The notes under the pieces are model-generated. The model had not been told where the DNA came from. It ran no database searches and saw nothing but the letters and a program-made list of their open reading frames with translations. A stretch of DNA of 64,000 bases from Squalus acanthias (lineage: Eukaryota). The stretch is from contig CM059432.1 of NCBI GenBank assembly GCA_030390025.1, forward strand, positions 55,058,001-55,122,000, in the 5' to 3' direction. Positions 51,753-64,000 of the stretch are shown piece after piece. Both the position numbers and the translations under genes were made by a program. Each line of letters begins with the position of its first letter. Positions within the stretch are counted from its first letter, which is position 1.

Positions 51753-52308
51753 TCAATAGTTGAGTATCTCTATATATGTTGTACGGACAGAATAGAAAGT
51801 GAGAAAAGAATATAGAATGGTGCTCAGCACACTGTTAGTTAATGGCTGTCCACTTCAAATCTGAATCCAGAAAGATACTGATCCGAATGAATGCATGCCA
51901 AAAATCAGATATCACAGCCTGTGGCTAACATTGGCTGAGTATGTTGAGGGTCTCTAAGCAAGTGAAATTGTTGGTCTCCCATCATGATGTGAAACAGTCC
52001 TACAAAGTAAAATTTCACCTAACATTTAGGGAGTTTTTTCCACAATTTTACATTGGTTTATATTTTGATGCAGTCATTGAATTTGCTTAAAATGACATTT
52101 GTAGGAACAAATGAAAATGATGGCCAGGAAAAGACTAGCTGGTCCATCAAGCCTGCCCACACTCATGAAGGCTGGAACATCATAATGTTTAGACACTTTC
52201 TACCCCTGTTATAGTTTGGTCTTATTCTCAACACATGCTCTTGGGTTCATGACCTGAAACCTGCATCCTTATTTGCACTGTGTATGCGTTAGTGTGCCCA
52301 GGTTTAAA

Positions 52309-52950
52309 AGAAAAGAAAAAGACTTACATTTATATAGCACCTTTCACGATCTCAAGACATCCCAAAGCACTTTACAGCCTATAAAGTACTTCTCAGTCTA
52401 AGAAATCAAATCGGGAATTCAGAAGAAACTTCTTTACCCAGAGAGTGGTGAGAATGTGGAACTCACTACCACCGGGAGTTGTTGAAGTAAATAGTATAGA
52501 TGCATTTAAGGGAGGTCAGATAAGCATATGAGGGAGAAGGGAATAGAGGGTTATGCTGATAGAGTTAGATGAGGAAAGAAGAGAGGAGGCTCGAGTGGAG
52601 CATAAATGCCGGCATGGATAGGTTGGGCCGAATGGCCTGTTTCTGTACTGTATATCCTATGTAATCCTATGTAAAATACTTTTGAAATGTACTCATTGTT
52701 GTAATGTAGGAAACGTGGCAGCCAATGTGCGCACAGCAAGGTCCCACAAACAGCAATGTGATAATGACTAGATAATCTATTTTAGTGATGTTGGTTGAGG
52801 GATAACTATTGGCCAGGACACCAGGGAGAACTCCTCTGCTCTTTTACGTCCACCTGAGAAGGCAGACAGGGCCTCGGTTTAACGTCTGATCCAAAAGATT
52901 CCCAATCTGAAAGAAGGCACCTCCGATAGTGCAGAACTCCCTCAGTACTA
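52309..52950 (-). mobile_element. DeuSINE interrupted by a CR1 3' fragment (+, ~52395-52670)
   Basis: SINE tail/core on both sides; CR1 tail ATCCTATGT repeat. Confidence 0.8.
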
Positions 52951-53508
52951 GTCTAGGCTAACACTTCAGTACAGTACTGAGGGTGCTGCACTGCTGGAGG
53001 TGCCCTGCCTGCAACCGTCCTGCCCCCACACTCCCACCATTGGCCTTTCCATGCCAATCGGAAAGTGTATACACTCTTCATCACCTGATTGAATGTTTCT
53101 TGACCATCTGTCAAACAGCCTTTTTTCCCATGTCTGATGTTTTTATAGCTAATAAACAAAAATGTTCAAAGAAAACTGAAAAACCTCCACAAGTTTATAA
53201 TGCCTCTATGATTTTTCTCCCAGTTTGCTCACAGCCGTGCCCTGGAGATTAATCTTTAATTCCTGGAGATTCCAGGGCAACCCTATTTATAAGGGACGTT
53301 GCAACAGCAGACCTTTTGAAGATTGCCCTGCGCAAAGACACACACACATCACAACAAACTGTGCATTAATAGTCTAGGAAGGCTGCATCCCCGGTGATGT
53401 TCACACCTTCCCGATATAAGAGTTCTAAACACCCGCTAAAAAATGAAATTACTTTCTACATGTGTCTCATCTCCCTAGAAGGGATGCATATAGAACTATT
53501 GGAACAAA

Positions 53509-54061
53509 GGGCTGGATTTTCAATGACCCGTGGAGTCGGGTTTGGAGGCGTGTGGGGGGTTAAAGTTGCAGATTCGGGGGTCCCGACCCCATCCCGACAC
53601 CATTCCGCCTCCATGCAATTTTGACAAAATCGGTCGCGGGATTCCTGATTCCGTCCCGCCTCCAAGAGGCGGGAGAGGCCATTAAAGCCCTTAACAAGCC
53701 CTAAATTGACTCTGTAATGCCATTTTGAAACGTTTTAGCTAGTTTAACCCTTTTCCGACGTGAAGTACGCCTGATGTGAAACACGCCAGTGAAACCTGGC
53801 GGGAGCACAAGTGGATAGCTGACTATCAGCTGCAGGTCCACTATTACAACGGAGATGTGATGAAGGTAGTAGTAGTATTAGGTCTGAAAGTCGCCTCTGA
53901 TGCTGCTGCATTGAATGTCTTCAGAGACTGCCTGGGAGGACTTGGTTGCAAAAAAAATTCTCTCTCTCTCTCTCCTCTCTCTCCTCTCTCTACTCTCTCT
54001 CCTCTCTCGCCTCTCTCTCCTCTCTCTCCTCTCTCTCTCCTCTCTCTCTCCTCTCTCTCTC

Positions 54062-54103
<42 letters not shown>

Positions 54104-54370
54104 CTGCTGCTCATTTTGCATCCAGGTCCTCTCACAGCAAAGACCAGGCAGTCTCTGAGACCAGGCAGTCTCTGACCTGCAATGATGACATCATCAGAGA
54201 CGACTTTCAGACTGAAACCACTAATTGGTTCATGGGTTCCCACATGCTAGAACTCAATTGCCCAATTAGGTGAAAATTGCATCAATCTCCCACATCCAAT
54301 TGCAGGCGGGTGGATAACACGAAATGCGGATGACACGACCCCAACTCGCCCCAGTATCAAAATCCAGCCC
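53509..54370 (+). mobile_element. Harbinger B-related MITE (862 bp) with internal (CT)n microsatellite 53959-54100
   Basis: Perfect TIR GGGCTGGATTTT / AAAATCCAGCCC; AAA TSD. Confidence 0.93.
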
Positions 54371-54521
54371 AAAGACTCATCCTTTCTTTAAATTTGGCTT
54401 TACCCTGACGATAGAGAATCACATCAAATAACCTCAGTTTCCATCGCACATACATGCATCCAATAAATCTATTTGTGTATGTGTAAAAAGAAAGAACTTG
54501 CATTTATATTCTGCCTTATCA

Positions 54522-55367
54522 CAGGGGTTCTCAACCTTTTTGCTTCTGAGGCCCGCCTCCTGCGTTATAAAATTCCACGGTCCTCCTGTAACACAAGTAT
54601 ACAACCAGCCCGAAATAAACCTGCTGAAAAATGGACGCCCTCGCATGCACGACTGAGTGCAAAGCAACACCTGCAGCGCCCAAGGCATTGCTGCCTTGCC
54701 CTTGTAACAGAACATGAAGGGTTTGTGGGGCTCCAGTGTGGCCAATGTTTAACGTATCCCAGACATCCACGTGACAACAGCACCTGCCAGGTGCTCGATT
54801 GCTCCCAGCACTCCCCTGCGTCACGTCACAAAACAATGTGCATTCTGATTGGATGACGTTGCTGGCTATGAAAGGGAAGGTCGGACCTTTCAGCCCCTCC
54901 CCCTTTTCTGTTTAGCTTGGGTTTTTTTTTTTGAACCAGGACCGTTTATATTTAAAAACGCTTTAGTGTCATTTTAATTTCAAAATAAATTTAATTTCAC
55001 TCGAAGTCCGTTCACGGGATGCTGTTGGTGGCAGTTGGTGATGTCCCGGTGGTGCTGCTTCCCCTCACAACACCTGACACAACATCCGGGGAGGGCACGG
55101 GTGGCCAATCGTGAGTGAGTGAGGGAGGTGCAGAGCAGGCTGACCCCCACCGTGTGGCTCGGCCTCAGCAGCGCATTGTGATAGAAGCCCAGGCTAAAGC
55201 GGTGTCGCTGTCGTGGGGGAGGAAGCAGTCTGGATCCAGCGAGTGGAGCCTTTGCAAACGGCGTGGGGACAGTGACGGCTCCTTCTCTCCACCCTCCATT
55301 CCCCCCCCGCCCGCCCTATTGCGGACCCCTTGAAATCCTCTCATGGACCCCCGGTTGAGAACCCCTG
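54522..55367. mobile_element. hAT (Charlie-type) MITE nested in a minus-strand DeuSINE (~54488-55761)
   Basis: Perfect 15-bp TIR CAGGGGTTCTCAACC; 8-bp TSD CCTTATCA 54514-54521 / 55368-55375. Confidence 0.95.
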
Positions 55368-57877
55368 CCTTATCATATCCTCAGGGCATCCCAAAACACT
55401 TCACAGCCTGTGAATTAGATTATGAATTGCGGTGACTGTTACTATGTAGGCAAAAGTTTTCACACAGGAATAGCAAATGAGATAAATGACCAGATAATCT
55501 GTTTGTTGGTGGTAGTTGAGGAAGGAATTTTGGCATGAACAAAGGGAGAACTCCTTACTCTTTCAATGGTGCTATGGAATCTTTTACACCCACGAGTAAG
55601 CAGACAGGAACTCAATTTAACATCATATCCAAAAATGGCACCTCTAACAATGCAGCACTCCCTCTGTACTGCACTGATTGTTAGCTTAGTCTACTGTGGG
55701 CTTGAACCCGCAGTCTTCAGACACCGAGAGGAACGTATCACCAACTGAGCCATGCTGACACAATGTAGAGCTGTTCTACTGCTCAGGATTAGGGAGTTTT
55801 ATTGGTAGGGTCTATAGGAGACAAGAATGGCAGGGGATAGACGGGCACAGAGCAGGGAACCTACCCTCTCTTATCTAGGTGATGTAGAAAATTTACAACG
55901 TTAGTTCCTCCCTATAGATTATTTTACCTATTTGACACAAGTGAAAACAATGAGTCACAATATAAGGAACAATGGGGGAAGATTTCCTCTGCGCACTGTA
56001 GTTGTGAATTTTAGCTCCTGAGTGGAAAGTCGGAGGGAACTGGGAGGCCTGGTCGATTTTAATGGGTGGGACGCATTAACATCCCGCGAACCAGCTGCCA
56101 GCCCAAAACACACATAAAGAGGCAGCTGGCTGGCCGCCAGCAGGTGAAAATTTTAGAAGGAGCAGGAATGTGGCGTAACGCCATCATCACCCCATTTCCT
56201 GACCCTGACCACCAAAACTGCCCAAATTCGGGCGGTAAAAAAGGAGAAAATCCAGCCGTTTCTTGTCCTAACTCGAGGGTAAAGAATTATGTGGCCTCAA
56301 CTTTTACCAGCCAACATTGACTGGTGACAAAGGTTATAAATTGTCTGAAATTCTTTCAGATTGTAGGAATGCATACCATTTCTTTATTTCTCGCAGTAAT
56401 TGATACCACATTTCTTTAACATAGTTGTACACAGGAGTCTACTTAGCCTGTCCCACATCTTCAATCCAGGACAAGCTCTGATCCCTCATTTTATTACCAA
56501 GTTTAAATAGAGTGCTGGACACAGCTGGATTTAAAATAAAAGCAATTTACCACAATATAAGAACAACAATTTATCAGTACAGTCCCGCTCATTAGCCATG
56601 GGGCAGAACAGCTCGGCATAATTGCACCAGTGCACATAATTATTACAGGCTCTACACTGTGTACAGTTAAGAAAGACAACCTGAATGAAGTAAATACTTC
56701 TGTTTCCTATACACTTACTGAGTTACTGACAGGAATACCACTTTATTGCGGGAGGAACACGTTATTAAACCTGGCGTACACATTCTCTGGTTCATGTCAC
56801 TAATTTAGAAGATAATTTTATGAGTACGCACTACCAGCAAGTGAGATTCCCAGTGCCAGTGTGTATGCTGGGAATTACCCCCTTCGTTTCCATTGTCTTG
56901 AGTTACCTATATTTTGCTGCTTTTTTGCCCAGTTCAGCTAAGTATTTTACAGTGGGAGAATATAGTTGATTTGATATCCTTTTCCAATTTCATATAAATA
57001 TTATTTTTATACAAGGGGGAGCTTCAACAGTGACTTACTATCAATGGATTTATCCATCACACCAGTAGTGATTTTACTTAAAAAAATGATTGTCAAACAA
57101 TTAAAGTTTGATAAAGTGCCCCTTACCAGATCAGTAACTTAATAACATGACTGAAAGTCCTGATTTTTTACACTACTACAGATGTGAAATTTTGCTCTTG
57201 ATGTTTCCAATAGTTTGTTCCTAAAAGTATTTTGCTTGCTTCAAGTTGTCAAGGGTAGTAAATTGCAGTGTAATGAATTTTTCAGCAGAAATGTACATGT
57301 GTTTTGAGTTACCTAAGGATTCAGACTCACGCTGTGATGTAAACACTGATGGCAAACAGATGTTCTAACATTATAACAGATAGGTAATCAGGCCACTGCA
57401 GGCCTGCTGGTATTGAATTAGAAAATTAAAGCTACATGGCTATCCCTTTTGCCCTCAACCCCCAACCTCAAAAGTATTAATAAACAATCAGAATATGAGG
57501 TTTTACTTCCAGGATACCACTCCTAAATAGTGGCAAATTAAATAGTGTTTAGTGCCATACCAGTTTCACAGCATATGTTAATCCCTCCAGTATCAACACT
57601 GAAATGTTGTGTGCTACATTTTGGAGAGGAAAGGCACATGAACAAATTAAGATTATAGTAATAGAAGTTTAAAAAAAAACCTTCCAGCGGCACAGCGATT
57701 TCAGACCCAAGTCATTGCCATTGTTTTGAGGCACTATAGCAACATGATTACACCAACAATCCCATGATCCATTTCAAAACAAGAACTTAAGAGATCCTTG
57801 ACTCTAATGAGCCAGAAATTACAACTGGGCTGTGAGCCATTTGCAAATAGTGTAAATGTTAAACACATTTTGGACTA

Positions 57878-58815
57878 TTCTTGAGAGGGTTTAAACTAAT
57901 TTGGCAGGGGATGGGCACCAGGATGAAACATTAGAGAGGAGAAACAATGTGCACAGAGGACTGGGAGAGCACTAGAGTAAAGAATAGTTCAGAAATAGGA
58001 GGGATCAAACAGGGAGCAAATACGAGGCAGTCTAAGATGAGTTTGGAGTGTATGTGAGTAAATGCACGTAGTGTGGTGAATAAGATTGGTGAGTTGCAGG
58101 CACAAGTCACCACATGGGACTAGTGGCAATGACAGAGACCTGGCTCAAAGAAGGGGTGGATTGGGAACTTAATAAAGTTGAGAAAACTGTTTAAAAAGCA
58201 TATGGGATCCTTGGCTTTATTAATAGAGGCATATACAAAAGCAAGGAAGTTATGCTAAACCTTTATAAAACACTGGTTAGGCCTCAGCTGGAGTATTGTG
58301 TTCAGTTCTGGACATCACACTTTAGGAACGATGTTAAGGCCTTAGAGAGATTGACTAGAATGGTACTAGGGATGAGGGACTTCAGTTATGTGGCGATCTG
58401 GAGAAGCTGGGGTTGGTCTCCTTAGAGCAGAGAAGGCTAAGAGATTTGATAGAGGTGTTCAAAATCATGAATGGTTTTGATAGAGTAAATAAGGAGAAAC
58501 TGTTTCCAGTGGCAGATGGGTCGTTAACCAGAGGGGACAGACTTAAGGTGATTGGCAAAAGAACCAGAGGCGACATGAGGAAACTTTTTTTACGGAGAGA
58601 GTTATTATGATCTGGAACGCACTGCCTGAAAGGGTGGTGGAAACAGATCCAATAGTAACTTTCAAAAGGGAATTGGATAAATACTTGAAGGGAAAAAAAT
58701 GACAGGGCTGTGGGGAAAGAGCAAAGGGAGTGTGACTAATTGGATAGCTCTACCAAAGAACCGGCACAGGCATGATGGGCCAAATGGCCTTCTTCTGTGC
58801 TATAACATACTACGA
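57878..58815 (+). mobile_element. CR1 LINE remnant with large internal deletion (APE start joined to 3' end)
   Basis: VNARS..ETWL start followed directly by YKTLVRPQLEYCVQFW and 3'UTR. Confidence 0.85.
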
Positions 58816-59736
58816 CACCAAATGATATTTTGTTGGTTTAAAGGGTTAATACTGGTCTCATATTTGTTCCATTAAAAGTTTTATGATTAATTTTAATGTT
58901 TCAATTTGCCTGGTAACGCAGTGGCCAGAAAAAGGCAGTGGAAAGTGTTTCAGTTTGATCTGATTTGGCCTTTTACACATTTATGGTAAATGCTGTTTTT
59001 TAAAACAGCCAGTGGTTGGCCTTCCTGCTGATAAATCTGCCTCATTTGTAGTCAAAAGACACTTCATCAGCGGAGGAAGAAAGCACAAGATGCTAGGTAT
59101 GCACATTCCATATGCATGTATGTGGAGGCCTTGAATTTCCTCTCAGCCACAATGGCAGAGGATCCTCAGTGGGGTGGGACCTCTGTCATTAGTTACAGCA
59201 CAGCTAGGGCTGAAAATTAAGGAGTTGGAATACGTATCTGATAGCAGGCAAGTTAAATTATTTTGAGGAAACGGTACATGTAGCACATAAATCTTGGATC
59301 GTTCTTACTGAGAAAATACTGCAATTAAAATATTCATTGGTTTGGCGTTTTGTATTCTTAAGTACTACAATAGAGCTTGGGTATTACAGAATTTACAGTC
59401 AGCTGTTATTTTCTTTTGCATGTGTGACAAAATTAAGCAGTTTCATTTAAGCGTAATATATTATACTATGATTTGCTTTATTATTATTGCAGTATGTAAA
59501 CATTCTATGGGTCTATCTCTTCATGCATTTCTGCTGCAGTTTTGCATTGCAAGATTCTGTTTGTAGGTACCTTTTCCCACAGACACTTGACAGCAATGGT
59601 AAGCACAATGCTTAGCATGGGAACTCCATTAGGCCTTGCAATTGCAGTGATGGATTTGGAGGAGTAAGAAGAGTTCAGACAAAGGGAACAAAGGCAAGTG
59701 CACTTGCATTTCAGACATATGGCACCTATACACCTT

Positions 59737-60066
59737 GGGGGAAAAATTGGGTTGCTTTGTGCCTCCCGTTAGCGCCTCGATCGCGGCCGGCACCCCGCAG
59801 AAAGAGGCAAAAGGGGGCAGGTGTTGGCAGGTGGCCCAAAAAAAATGGCCGCCCGGCACCTGCCTTTTAATTTGCACGGCCGCAGCCACAAACACGACAC
59901 CCTGACCCTGTCGGACATAGCGTCCGGTGGTAGGTCAGGAGGCGCGAGCGAAGTTTGCGGCTGGGGCACTGCGCACAGGTGCTACCGGCTACTGCTGCCG
60001 CTAACCTCCTGCTGAATTTCACGGGAGGCGTTAGCAGCGCCGTGCCCGGGCGCTAGGTGCTTTGCA
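59737..60066. mobile_element. Rearranged fragment of the 51-kb MITE family
   Basis: TIR GGGGGAAAAATTGGGT followed by internal sequence in the opposite relative orientation. Confidence 0.75.
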
Positions 60067-60504
60067 TTCCAAAGAAAGTGTGACCAATTTATTTCTCTGC
60101 TATTGTTTTCTGTATGTGCTCTTACTGTTTGTTTCCCTGATTTGCCTTTTCTGTATAGTGCATGCCATGCCATCTCCGACATAATCTTGGGCTGCTTCTA
60201 AGTGTTACCTCTGTGGGAAGAGTAAGTGTGGTGCCAGCCTGCTACTCCTCAGTGGGGCTCTTCACTCTGCTGCTGTGCTCAGGATGCTTGTGAGATGCTT
60301 CAGCTTCTTAATTGTCTTTCATGGCAGATACGTCATTTTGGTAATTCCCTACACAAAGAGAAAAGACCCATGTGTTAGCATGGTGCCTGCTTGAAAGGAT
60401 TCTGCACACAGATTTTCCAACACTGTAGAGCCTCGGTACCAATGCCAACACGTTGAGGGCCATGCTGTTGCTGAGCAGATGTGCCAGGGTGTTGCTGAAT
60501 CAGT

Positions 60505-60985
60505 GGGCTGGATTTTCAATGACCCGTGGAGTCGGGTTTGGAGGCGTGTGGGGGGTTAAAGTTGCAGATTCGGGGGTCCCGACCCCATCCCGACTCCATC
60601 CCGCCTCCACGCAATTTTGACAAAATCAGTCACGGGGTTCCTGACTCTGTCCCGCCTCCAAGAGGCAGGAGAGGCCATTAAAGCCCTTAACAAGCCCTAA
60701 ATTGGCTCTGTAATGCCATTTTGAAACGTTTTAGCTAGTTTCACCCTTTTCCGACGTGAAGTACGCCTGATGTGAAACACTCCAGTGAAACCTGGCGCGA
60801 GCACAAGTGGATAGCTGACTATGAGCTGCAGGTCCACTATTACAACAGAGATGTGATGAAGGTAGTAGTAGTATTAGGTGTGAAAGTCGCCTCTGATGCT
60901 GCTGCATTGAATGTCTTCAGAAACTGCCTGGCCTTGCTGTGAGAGGTGTCTCTCTCTCTCTCTCTCTCTCTCTCCTCTCTCTCTC

Positions 60986-61016
<31 letters not shown>

Positions 61017-61277
61017 CTGCTGCTCATTTTGCATCCAGGTCCACTCACACCAACAGCCAGGCAGTCTCTGAGACCAGGCAGTCAGCAATGATGACATCAT
61101 CAGAGGCGACTTTCAGACTGAAACCACTAATTGGTTCATGGGTTCCCACATGCTGGAACTCAATTGCCCAATTAAGTGAAAATTGCATCATTCATCCACA
61201 TTAATCTGGAGTCGGGGGGGGGAACACGAAATGCAGATGACACGACCCCAACCCGACCCCAAGACAAAATCCAGCCC
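60505..61277 (+). mobile_element. Second copy of the Harbinger B-related MITE (773 bp), shorter (CT)n tract
   Basis: Same 12-bp TIR; AGT TSD 60502-60504 / 61278-61280. Confidence 0.93.
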
Positions 61278-61704
61278 AGTGAGTTTGAAGGGGAGGCGAT
61301 AAGAAGTTAGAGGACACTTGCTGGGCTGCTACCAATGCTGTCCCTGGGCTGTAATGTTTATTGCATCTACTTGCACGATTTCAAGATTTGCTTCCTCATA
61401 GCAATTCAATTTTCAGAGGTTTTTAGCTCCACCACCAGTCTGGCATTGTTGAAGATGCTGTCATTCCAATGATAAATTGAACTGAGGCCCCATCTGCCTA
61501 TTCAGGTGGACATGAAAGATCCCATGGTACTGTTCAAAGAAGAGCCACAATTCACCTGGTGTCCTGGTCAACATTTATCCCTCAAACAACACCACCAAAA
61601 AACACAGATTACGTAGTTGCTTGTCTCATTTTCTGTTTCTAAACCTTACCGTGTGCCGATTGGCTGCTCTTTTTGCCTGCACAGTAACAGTGACTGCACT
61701 TTAT

Positions 61705-61858
61705 GAGGTTAATTTTGACTTTGGGTGGTAGTGTAAAACGGGTAATATCGGATTAGCTATCCGTTATACATAGAAATGAAAATCAGGAGCAATGTTTAAT
61801 GGATGGCTGATCCGATATTGCCTGTTTTACACTATTGCCTAAAGTTAAAACGACTCCC
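61705..61858. mobile_element. Palindromic ~150-bp MITE inside a decayed DeuSINE (~61480-61945)
   Basis: ~55-bp imperfect inverted arms (TTTTGACTTT..GTGTAAAACGGGTAATATCGGAT / ATCCGATATTGCCTGTTTTACAC..AAAGTTAAAA). Confidence 0.75.
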
Positions 61859-62236
61859 TGTAACTTAATTCATTGGTTGTGAAATGGCTTGGGACATCCC
61901 AAGGATGTGAAAAGGTTCTGTGTCAATGTAAGCTCATTCTTTCTCTCTTTCTGGTTGTGTGGAACCTTTTCTTATGCTTGCAGCATTTGAAATAACAGAG
62001 TGGCACCACAGTACCCAGCCACATTGTGTGAATGGATGTTTACATAGCATGCAAGTAATTTTAGGTGACATTTTGATTTGGTTGTACAACATGCGACAGT
62101 TCTGTGCAACATTAGAAGCATTTCTCTGTGGCAAAGTTCAAGCGAAAGCATTATGTACCTGGAAGTTTTAGTATACAAGATGCGAGGTGTAATGCCAGTA
62201 TTTCTCATGCTGTATTGCTGATGCTGCTCCATTTTG

Positions 62237-63613
62237 TACATGGCTTTCTTTGACCTCACAAAGGCCTTCGACACTATCAACCGTGAGGGATTATGGAGTG
62301 TCCTCCTCAAATTCGGCTGCCCTCAAAAGTTTGTCACCATCCTCCGCCTGCTTCACGACGACATGCAAGCCGTGATCCTGACCAACGGTTCCACCACAGA
62401 CCCAATTCACGTACGAACCGGGGTCAAGCAAGGCTGTGTAATCGCACCAACGCTCTTCTCGATCTTCCTTGCTGCAATGCTCCATCTCACCCTCAGTAAG
62501 CTCCCCATTGGAGTGGAGTTAATTTACAGAACAAAACGGGAAACTGTTCAACCTCCGTCGCCTCCAGTCCAGATCCAAGGTCGTCCCATCCTCTGTCGTC
62601 GAATTACAGTATGCAGACGACGCTTGCGTCTGCGCTCACTCAGAGGTCGAACTCCAAACCATCGTCAACACCTTCACCGAAGCGTACGAGAGCATGGGCC
62701 TTACACTAAACATCCGTAAGACAAAGGTCCTCTACCAACCTGCCCCCGCCACACAGTACTGCCCGCCGATTATCAAAATCCACGACAAGGCCTTGGACAA
62801 CGTGGACCACTTTCCATACCTCGGGAGCCTACTGTCAACAAGGGCAGACGTCGACAACGAAGTCCAACACCGCCTTCAGTGTGCCAGTGCAGCCTTCGGT
62901 CGCCTGAGGAAGAGAGTGTTTGAAGACCAGGACCTCAAACCTGGCACTAAGCTAATGGTCTACAGAGCAGCAGTGATACCCGCCCTGCTGTATGCCTCAG
63001 AGACATGGACCATGTACAGCAGGCACCTCAAAGCACTGGAGAGGTACCACCAACGCTGCCTCCGCAAGATCCTGCAAATCCATTGGCAGGATAGGCGCAC
63101 CAACGTCAGTGTTCACGCTCAGGCCAACATCCCCAGCATCGAAGCTTTGACCACGCTCGATCAGCTCTGATGGACGGGTCACATTGTCTGCATGCCCGAT
63201 ACGAGACTCCCAAAACAAGCGCTCTACTCGGAGCTCCGGCACGGCAAGAGAGCCCCAGGTGGGCAGAGGAAACGCTTCAAGGACACCCTCAAAGCCTCCT
63301 TGAAAAAGTGTAACATCCCCACCAACACCTGGGAATCCCTGGCCCAAGACCGCACAAAGTGGAGGAGAAGCATCCGGGAAGGCGCCGAACACCTCGAGTC
63401 TCTTCACCGGGAGCAAGCGGAAGCCAAGCGCAGGCAGCGCAAGGAGCGCACGTCAACCCAAGCACCCCACCCACCCGCCCCTTCAACCACCGTCTGCCCC
63501 ACCTGTGACAGAGACTGTAGGTCTCGCATTGGACTCATCAGTCACCTGAGAACTCATTTTTAATGTGGAAGCAAGTCATCCTCGGTTCCGAGGGACTGCC
63601 TAAGAAGAAGAAG
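62237..63613 (+). mobile_element. 5'-truncated RTE-clade LINE
   Basis: FFDLTKAFDT, GVKQGCVIAP, YADD, FPYLGS, C-terminal CxxC..HxxxH; (AAG)n tail; ATTTTG TSD 62231-62236 / 63614-63619. Confidence 0.95.
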
Positions 63614-63691
63614 ATTTTGGGGGCACAGTGCTTGTGGCCTGCCTATTTCATTTGAGTTATCAAAAAATGAGTAACTTTACCATGATATTCT

Positions 63692-63905
63692 TCATCATAC
63701 CTGGGAATTTCTTCCTCATCTTCTCCCACAACCTATGCAGACAGGAGACAGCATTCACTTTATCTGCCACATCCGGCCATGCATGCTGCACAGCAGCTCA
63801 CACAGGAGGGTTCCCCTCAGGCTCAGTATCGCTACTCTCTTCTGCTGTTCCTCTTCCAGCAGAACGTCCAACGTTTCATCGTTGAAGGGGGCAATTCTGC
63901 CCTCA
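63692..63905 (-). pseudogene. Ancient Harbinger-type Myb/SANT exon 1 remnant (frameshifted)
   Basis: RIAPFNDETLDVLLEE..QKRVAIL then, in another frame, AWPDVADKVNAVS..HRLWEKMRKKF followed by a GTATGA donor-like site. Confidence 0.6.
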
Positions 63906-64000
63906 ACAACCTTCCAACCAGCCACAGCAAACACTAAGGATTAAATGGATCAATGGTTCTTTGAGCTGCTGCTCTCCTGATTCCCTGCCTCTTTTCATTT

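Noticed and set aside
51057..51759. 224-aa and 141-aa ORFs
   Set aside because: Chance ORFs in a GC-rich MITE
53878..54243. RE-rich and LS-rich ORFs (also 60840-61204)
   Set aside because: Translations of (CT)n microsatellites
59567..59598. Possible 32-nt host micro-exon (TTGTAG...GTAAGC)
   Set aside because: Splice-like sites only; no neighbouring exons or homology to support it

Overview
Repeat-dense eukaryotic DNA whose repeat families (SacSINE1-like DeuSINEs, CR1/L2/RTE LINEs, Penelope pLTRs) point to a cartilaginous fish (inference). No host protein-coding exon is supported. The window is dominated by PIF/Harbinger DNA transposons: two full-length ~4.24-kb elements (7787-12025, 13867-18109), each with a DDE transposase and a convergent 3-exon Myb/SANT partner gene, plus about ten internally deleted derivatives/MITEs. 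It also holds a tRNA/SINE-headed CR1-group LINE, CR1, L2 and RTE LINE copies, a Penelope element and solo pLTRs with minimal hammerhead-ribozyme motifs, and hAT and Tc1/Tigger-type MITEs. Main observations: (i) Harbinger-type insertions share a quasi-palindromic target context (W-C-[NNN]-G-W-N-T) rather than a TWA TSD; (ii) a near-resurrectable two-component Harbinger with candidate Myb-binding motifs; (iii) an amplified MITE that keeps both start codons head-on; (iv) a LINE that appears to move with a Pol III SINE-like head. Coordinates were read by eye and may be off by a few bases.
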